Below, one piece after another: positions 1 to 9,000 of a stretch of 27,176 bases of DNA. The notes beneath the pieces are model-generated. The model did no database searches and had not been told where the DNA came from. It worked only from the letters and a program-made list of their open reading frames with translations. The first letter of the stretch is position 1. Each line of letters opens with the position of its first letter. Origin of the DNA: Thermoplasmata archaeon (GTDB lineage Archaea; Thermoplasmatota; Penumbrarchaeia; JAEHCK01; GCA-020356005); assembly GCA_020356005.1 (NCBI GenBank), contig CP070629.1, positions 829,558 to 856,733 on the forward strand, written 5' to 3'. The translations under genes and the position numbers were made by a program.

Positions 1-3000
1 ACCCCGATATTGAACGATGACGAGGATAACGATTACGAACCCTCGTTATTATACACCGCTGACGAATTTCTGCTCGTATGGGTCTCAAACGAGTTCGATC
101 AATATACATTCATGGGAAGTACCGATGAGAACCTGATTACATATTCAGTTTCTTCTGACGGCTTGAACTGGAACGATCCTGAGAGTGTCCATCCGCGGTA
201 CTGCCAGGAATCCACACCTTATTTAAGCGTCGATTCCATCGGCAGAATTCTGCTTACATGGAGCTCGGACAGGATGGATTTCGAAGAGGCAGAGGATGAG
301 CGCGATCACGATAAAGATATCTGGTATTCTACTTACGCCGCCGGTGAATGGGCTGTGCCTTCGGCGCTCACATCGGATCCGGCCAACGATGAATCGCCCT
401 CAATGTTCCAGAAGGGGAACGGCGATTACTGGACTGTGTGGTCGCGGGATGACAGGATCTTTTATTCCACCACGGATGAGCTTCCGCCTCCGGTCAATGC
501 CTTCGGATCAGCAATTAATGTTCCCATCGATAGATGGCGAGAGGAATTCGACTATACATACGAGGACGAGATCTCAAACACATTCTGGATCTACAACTAC
601 GGTGAGCGCGACCTGACAGGTAAGATCACTGCTTCGCAGGGATTCACATTAAACAAATTTGAATTTGCTATTGCGCCCGGAGAAAACATATCGTTCACGG
701 TTACATTAAACGCCAAGGACGAAGGGCGGTACCTGGGTGTCGTGGAGATCCTATCCAATGACGAGATCGCACCCAGGATTTCCATCCCGCTATATGTGAA
801 GATCACATCGTCAGAATTCGAAGAGAGCGAGAAGGATATCGGAGAGGGCGTCGGACCTGAGGAGGAGGAAGCAGAGGAGGAGGGCGAAGAGGATTTTCAG
901 AGAGTGCTTATTTTACTTACCGCCCTGGTTATAATTCTGCTGTTAATATTCATAGTAATGAGAAGAGAGGAGAAGAAAGCGGCGGAGGAGAAGAAGAAGG
1001 AGGATGAGGAGGAAGAGGAAGAAAAGGAAGAGGAGGAGGGGGAGGAAAAGGAAGGTGAAGAGGGTGAAGAGGAAGGTGAGGGTGAAGAAGAGGAAGAAGG
1101 AGGAGAGGAAGAGGAAGGAGAAAGCAAGGGAGAAGAGGGATCGGAAGTGGAGGAGGATGCAGCAAGTGATGAAGATGTAAAGACGGAGGAAAAAGAACCC
1201 GAAGATAAAGGTGCCGCCAAAGCCAAACCCAAGCGTAAGAGAGCCGTGAAACCTTTAATGGTGTTCGGTGCGTTTTTCAGCATTATGATTCTTTTATTAT
1301 CAAATTGTTCAGGTGCGGCGAATATGATGGTGCTCGCTCAGGATTCGGATATACCCCAGAGCGAGATCCCCAAGATATCCGAAAACGACCCCGGCGAATT
1401 CTGGACATGGGTACCCTATTATGACCAGAGCGGTGAAGAATCCAATCTGGAGATGCATTCCGAGTATTATGACGATGAAGGTACTTATCCACCTGACTGG
1501 GTCGAGTACGGAAGCTCTCTCAGTTTAAGACAACTGGTGGAGATGCCTTTCCCGGTGGAAAAACTGCGGTTCTGGATGAGGCATGACGAGGGCAGCGGAC
1601 CTGTGGGAGTAGAGATAACAGAAAATGTTTCCAGCAAGGTTGCTGCGGGAACAGAATATTTCTGGGCGGATTATTCATCCAGTTCATATGACTGGTGCGA
1701 GGTCAATGTTTCCACTTCGAAAATCACCAATGTTCTCGGAGGGGGGTCATACTATATTCATCTTACACCCCCCATGGATATACTTACCGAAGGTGAAATG
1801 TACGGAGTAAACCGAATAGGTACTGTTAAACTTAATGATACTCCCATACCCCCCGCGCATATTGTATATAAAACCCTGTATGATGCAGAAGTGGATTTCG
1901 CACAGAGAGGTACCGATAAGTATCAGCACATATTCTGGACTTCAAAGATCGATGATACTGTTTTGATTGACGAATTCTTTATGGACTATGACTATTACGA
2001 CGATCTAAACCCGCAATATATGTCTGACTCCCTCTGGTATACCGATAACGATTTCAATATGAAAATGGAGTTGTATATCAAAGCCGAGATGTTCAACAGC
2101 GCTAATGTTTTTCAGCCTTCTTATCCGGGTTACGAGAATGCCGAAATAGCAGGAAAAATAAATATCGTCAATCCCTTCAGCGACCAGGAGAACTTTACTG
2201 TCAGAGTAGGGTTACTGGGTCCCGATGGAACAGAATATAACGTTTTGAATGAAGAACATAAAATCAAATACGGAACAAACCTACAGCTCGATTACTCTTA
2301 TTTCACAGAAGCCAAACTTCCAGCAGGCGATTATAATGTCCTGGCGGGCATTTATCTGACTGACATTTATGAAGGTGAATACCTGGTCATGGCGGATAAA
2401 TGGGGAGATACGGATTACGAGTTGGAAAAAACGAAATTTTCTATTATCAATACCACCCCGATCATGGATGTTACCCTTATCGATAAGCTCAAGAGCGATG
2501 TTGTTGACGGCAAGATCCCGGTGTATTACCTCAAATGCAGTGATGCGCCCGGCCATAAGCCTCCCCGGTCGATTCAATCGGAGATGGATAATATCCAGGA
2601 ACGGTTCGATTCACTCGAGAGTGTACTTGGCGTGGACTTTGAACATAAAGATATAACCAGCACTCGTGAATTCCTGGAATTGGTAGAATCGGACGTTAAA
2701 GATGCCATAGTGGTTAACTACCACAGCGATTTACTGCCCATACCATCAAGCTTTGCCCGCGGCGAGTATGTTGATTTGAACACGATCGTACGATACTATT
2801 TCGACGAAAATAACGGCACCACTGTTTACGACCGTTCAAAATATATCAATGACGCAGACTTCGTCGGCAATCCCGCCTGGACACAGGAGAAGTATCAGGG
2901 TGCATCTGCACTGTACTTTGATGGGTCGAACGATATGCTGGAAATAGATGACGATATTACATTGAAAACTCCCCGGTTCACCATCCAGTTCTGGCTTTAT

Positions 3001-6000
3001 TTGAATAAAGAATATACATCCGGTGTGCAGAGCATACTATCATATGCTGGTTCAAAAGGCGGATATGAGATCAACTTAAATCAAACATCTTCAAATGCAC
3101 CAAACCAGATCGAGTTCTCGATTTCACATAATTCCTCATGGCACCACATCTCCGGTATGTCGCTGGAAGTGAATAAATGGTACAGGATCACTGCGATTCT
3201 GAACGATACGGAAGCTTCACTCTATGTGGGGTGGGAGGAGACCAAGAAGAAGCGCAGGAGTGAGGTTACCATACAGGTGGATGAACTGCAGGGTAAAATC
3301 GAGCTCGGCGGGATTTCTTTCAGTGATACCTCCTTGACCATCGGCGGCTCGAAGTTGGATACAACCAGAAATATAGAGATGTATATTGATGATTTTATTC
3401 TGACCAATGATGTGCGGCTCCCGCAGGAATACACCGAGGGTCATCCCGAGGACGGTGTCAACTGGGTCAAACGAGTTGGTAAATGGATCGCCGACTCTGG
3501 CATCGTATTCGTGAACACAAGGTACAGTCCCTTCACCGCCGTTGGCAATACAGATAAAAACTGGCCGTACAACAGGATTTCATTGGGAGCCGAGGGCTTC
3601 GGAAATATTCTGGAAACACGCTCAGTGGACGCCACAATATACAAGGATACATGGCTGGAGAATATCAAAACCGACAAAACACCCGAAGCGGCAAATATTC
3701 AAACAATATTGAGCGCGTGGGGCATTCCCTTTCCGGATTCTTTTGAGAGCGCTCAAACCTATATGACTTTGGACTCCGAGCTTGAACCTTTCTGCATACC
3801 GCTTTATAAAACGGCTGATAATGAAATTACCCATGCAATGATATTCTATGGTAAGGGAGCCATAATGTATAACGGCCTGAATAACCCCGACGCCGCCCTC
3901 ATTGCCGGCACTGCGGGTTGGTATACAGCCAAGAATATCCAGCCGCTGTATTTCATCGACTGTTCTGATGCACCCAAATCCTCAAGCAGTAAAGATTACG
4001 TGACGGAGCTGAAGAGCTCGTTTGATAAATTACAGGCGGATACGGGTATTCAATTCTATTATATTACTATCTCCAGCACCGACCAATTCTATCAATTGAT
4101 CAACTCCAACGTCAGGGATATCATTGTGGTGAACACGCACGGAGAATACCTGCCAATGCCGGCAAATTACATCAGCGGTGCATGCGTGGACGATAAAACG
4201 AATGCACTCCTGGGATTCGAGGAGGGCAGTGATATCAGCGCCTTCGATATCTCTGGCAATTACAATGACGGATTGATCGTCGGCGCTACATGGAGCACCA
4301 ATGCCCATTACGGCGATTATGCACTTGATTTCGACGGCAACGATTTTGTCGTCCTGACGCGTACGCCCAAGCTGTCGCCGAAAACCTTTACTATTGAATG
4401 CTCCGTTTATCTGAAGCAGGATTATGATAACAAGTCTGCAGCAATTATCTCAAACGAATTCCATCGTGATTCAGAACCGGGTGAAGAATACACGCATACT
4501 TACGGATATTCTCTTTACATTAATTCCAATTATACTACATTAAACAGACTGGTATTTTCATTGGGTACAAAACTGCCTGAAGTGGAGCCTCTTTATTTCG
4601 ACAGTCTGGAAAAGGAGCGGTGGTACAGGCTGGCTGCTACTTACGACGGCAGGTATATGAAGCTTTATGTCAACTATGAGGAGGTAGCTTCCAAGGTAGC
4701 GTACGGCCTCCATCCCGAAACGCTCAATAATCTGCAGATAGGTAAATGTCCCAGATACGATTACCCGATAAATGCAATAATAGATGATGTGCGGATATCG
4801 GAGGGCGCGTTATCACCTGACCAGATGCTAATAGATGTTGTGTCTCATAAGTTATGTCTGGAGGACCTGAATAGGTGGATTTCAGAGAGTAGTATTATCT
4901 GGACCAATATTGAGGGCTATGATTTCCTTTACCTGGGTTTAAAAGATCAGGACTGGCCGGATGACAGAGTCAACATTGGCTATGACGGCCTCAGTGAGTT
5001 TTCAGAGATCGGACTGCCGCCGCTTGAACTCAATACCAGATCAAACACATGCACTCTGACAGACGTTGGCGATAAAATCGATACCGATCTGGCCAGTATG
5101 ATTTTGAAATCCAGCTTCCAGAGCACTGCAAATATACCTGCCTCATACGATATGTTCACTATTCCCATCTATTCGAATGACAACGCTGTTTCGCACGGGG
5201 TGATACCCATCGGTAAGGGTAAGTTCATCCATACCGGCACCTACGATGCAGATCTGGTTGCTTCAACTGCCGCATGGTTTTTCACGAAAGGTAATGTCCA
5301 GATGATTTTCCTGGTGGACATCCCCGCAACCGTTGGCGGTACCGACCCTCTGGTTGTGGAATCCCAGCACCCTTATCCCACCAGGTTCGGAACCTCCGAG
5401 AATCTTATTGATAACCCCGGTGCGGAATCCGGCAGCATGTCGGGCTGGAAAGTCCTATTACACGGAGGTAACGGCTGGAGGGTACAGGGCGGCAGCTACG
5501 ACGGCGAAAAGCACTTCAGGACATCTTTTAACTGGTGCAAGCGTTATCAGGAGATCGATTTACTGGCAGAGGGGTACACCACCGATGAATTGAATGCTAA
5601 GCCCACCATCTATGCAGAGGAATGGTTCCACGGGTCATGGCCGAACTACGGTGATTACTACTACCTGAAAGTGGAGCTCCGCGACGCTAACCATAAAGCC
5701 ATCTCAACCTATAATTCCGGAGTACAGCGTGCAACGAACAGCTGGCAGAAGTTATCTCATACCTTCTCAGAGTACGGAGCCGGTGTGCGCTATATCTACT
5801 GGGAGGACGGCGGTGACGATGCGGAATACTGGTGGGGATATTACGGTGTAATGATCGACGGTGCGTTTTTGACCATTGACACCGCCGAGCTGGATGATAC
5901 CTGGGTTTTTTACAAGCCCGATGTGAGCAGGATCAGGGTGCATTTCGAAAAATACGAGATAGGTTCCACCGGAGATTACATCAAGGTCCTGAATAAGAAC

Positions 6001-9000
6001 GATTGTGAGCTCGCCAGGTACTCCGGTTTCGATTCCTCAGGAATGTGGACACCGTGGTGCGAAGGCGATACTGTCAAGTTGAAAATGGTAACCGGTTCCG
6101 GCCGGCACTACTGGGGTTTCAAGGTAAATAAGATCGAATATCTGACCGACGGGGTCTCCCCCATTCATCCCTACGGTAAAGCCGAGCTGATAAATAAATT
6201 GACCAATCTTGAGAACACCATGGACACCATCTGCATATTCAATGAAATTACTTCAACCGCCGAATTTGAAAAATTGGTAGAAAGCCGTCTAGAATCGCCC
6301 ATGGTCATCAATTTGCACGGCGATGCGGTGCCCGTCCCTGATTCTTATTTAACCGGAGGTGCCAGCGCCACCATACCGCCGCTGGGCTATTCGCCGGGCG
6401 GTGTAAAAGGCGAATATTACGACAACGAGGGTTTCACGAACCTGAAGGAGACCCGTGTGGACAACGAAATAAATTTCTACTGGAAATACGGCAGGCCTGT
6501 GGGTTCCGTCCATGGTGATACATTCAGCGTTAGATGGACCGGAATGCTGAGAGTCGATTTCTCAGAGGAATATACCTTCCATGTCCAGACAGATGACGGC
6601 ACCAGGTTCTGGATCGACAAGAACATGGATGGTGATTTCGACGATGCAGAAGAACTTGTAATCGATACCTGGAAGCTCCAGGCACCCACCTGGCATCAAG
6701 GTAAAATAAAGCTTACTCCCGGGTTCTATAATATCAAGTATGAATATTACGAGCATTACGGCTATGCGGTGGCAAAGCTGTTCTGGAGCTCGAAAAACAT
6801 TAAAAAGTCGGCGGTACCCGGCGAGAACCTCTATTCAAATCTGGCAACGCCGGCGGGCTACACCTCCGGCGGTCTTGAGGGTGAATATTATGATAATGCC
6901 GATTTAAAATATTTGAAGACAAAAAAAGTTGATTCAACAATCAATTTTAACTGGGGTACGGAAAGCCCGGATGCGGCCGTGGACCCTGATACATTATCGA
7001 TCAGATGGACGGGCATGGTAAAAATCGACGAGACGGGTGAATATGAGTTCTCGGTTAACACCGATGACGGGTCGAGGCTGTGGGTGAACAATCAGCAGAT
7101 CATCAATTCATGGAAGGACCAGTCCGCGCCCACTGAGTATTCCGGTAAGATCTCCTTTACGAAACCCGGTTTTTACGATATCACCTACGAATACTTCAAG
7201 AATACCGGGAGCGCTACGGCACAGCTATACTGGAAAACTCCATCCATGACGCAGGATGGTGAGCAGAAGGTAATCATTCCCTCCGATCATTTATTCAACC
7301 GCGGCGGGATATTCAGATACGCACAGGAATGGCTGAACGAGCTGGGCGATTGGGTTGCGCAGAACGGTGTGGTATATGCCAACACCAAGGATTACCCGTT
7401 CCAGTACGCCATAATCGATAACCCGCCGCCCGACAGCGGCAATCTCTGGTTCATCGGCGAAGAGGGTTTTTCGGAGTTTTTATCACCGCGCTCAGAAAGT
7501 GTAACGCTTGCACGGTACGAAGAAGGGCTCGGGATGGGCAACCTGACCCCCAACGGAAGAGCGCTCCGTGATTACCTGCCTGCGCGTACATTACCGAATT
7601 ATGTGACCGATGTACCCTACCCGCTGCCCTCAGACTATGACTGTATTCCCATCTTCCGCGACAAGGACAACAGGGATATTACCCACGGTATTATTCCCTT
7701 CGGAAGGGGTGCGTACATCCACTGCGGCGGATTCTCGGTGGATGCCTTAACCGCCATGTGTTTCATGTATTCATCTAAAAGAGACGATATGCGGTTTATC
7801 GGCGAGGTATATTACAAAGGCGAAACCGTCTGGACACAGGTACAGGTTCGCAACGATTATCCAATGGAAATGACATATGATTTTGAGCTGGTAACCCATT
7901 TCCCGGAGGAGGGGCTGCGGTCCAGGCGGATGACGGATTCGGAGATCGTTACTCTGCAGCCCGGCGAGGAGAAGACCATATACCTATCGTGGACGCCCAT
8001 CCAGCCGGATAAGATCGGTAAGTACAGCCTGGTAGTCCAGGTAATCGATCTGGAACGGCACACACTGGTAGAGATCTGGGGTAACGATATAGAGAACGAG
8101 TCTATTTCCATTAGCGTGGAGGTGGGAGCTTATATTTCGCAGCTTAAGACCAGCGATTACCTGGGATATTTCGATACTGTTGAAGTTGAGGTTACCATAA
8201 CGAACGAGATGTATATAGATAATCTATTTATCGTCAGCGGTATTTTCCAGAACAAAATCAACAAACATGTTTACTGGACGGAGGAGGAGGAACTTCCGGA
8301 GTATGAAGCCGAGGGTGGTATGGATACTACAGTGACTGTTGTATGGCATCCCTCCCAGCATAACTATCCGAACCAGACTTTTGAGCTCGGGATCTACCAG
8401 GGTACCATATTCTTAGAGGATGTTGCCAGTGCTTACTGCATACCCGATAAAAGTTATAAGACAGGTGAGCCGAAATATTTCAGGGTGAAGAAGATCATAG
8501 ATCAGAGCTCCACGGAATTCCGGATCGTGGGCCAGCTGGAAATCAATTTCCCGAAGGATATCGGGACATGGTCCATCAGCTACCACGGCGAGCTGGGCCC
8601 GTACTTCCCAATCAACCCGCAGGTCCGTGATGTGGTGCGCGTGTTCGACCCCGAGTACGATATCTGGATACGCCGCGACAGCCGGCTGGAGCTGGAGCCA
8701 GAAAGAGAGCCAGGCGGCATGATAGGCTACTGGAAGTTTGATGAATCTGTATGGACCGTGGACGCCGGCCAGGTTACCGATTCGTCGGGCAACGGGCACC
8801 ACGGCACCGCTTATAACGGTGCAAATACGGTACAGTATTCAAGATTCGGTCGATCAGCTGCCTTCAACGGGCAGAATTATGTTGTGATACCGGCCCATGA
8901 TGACATCAATGTTGGTAATAACAATGCGAACTTCAGTGTGGAATTCTGGTTCTTTTTAAAGCAGGGTCCCATCCGTTATTGGCGCAACATAATGCACAAG

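Noticed and set aside
897-1283. Antisense ORFs (128 aa and 71 aa, Ser/Pro/Leu-rich) opposite the poly-Glu region
   Set aside because: They mirror the GAR purine tract: GAA/GAG read in reverse gives TTC/CTC, hence S/P/L/F. They have no start context and lie wholly inside the giant ORF.
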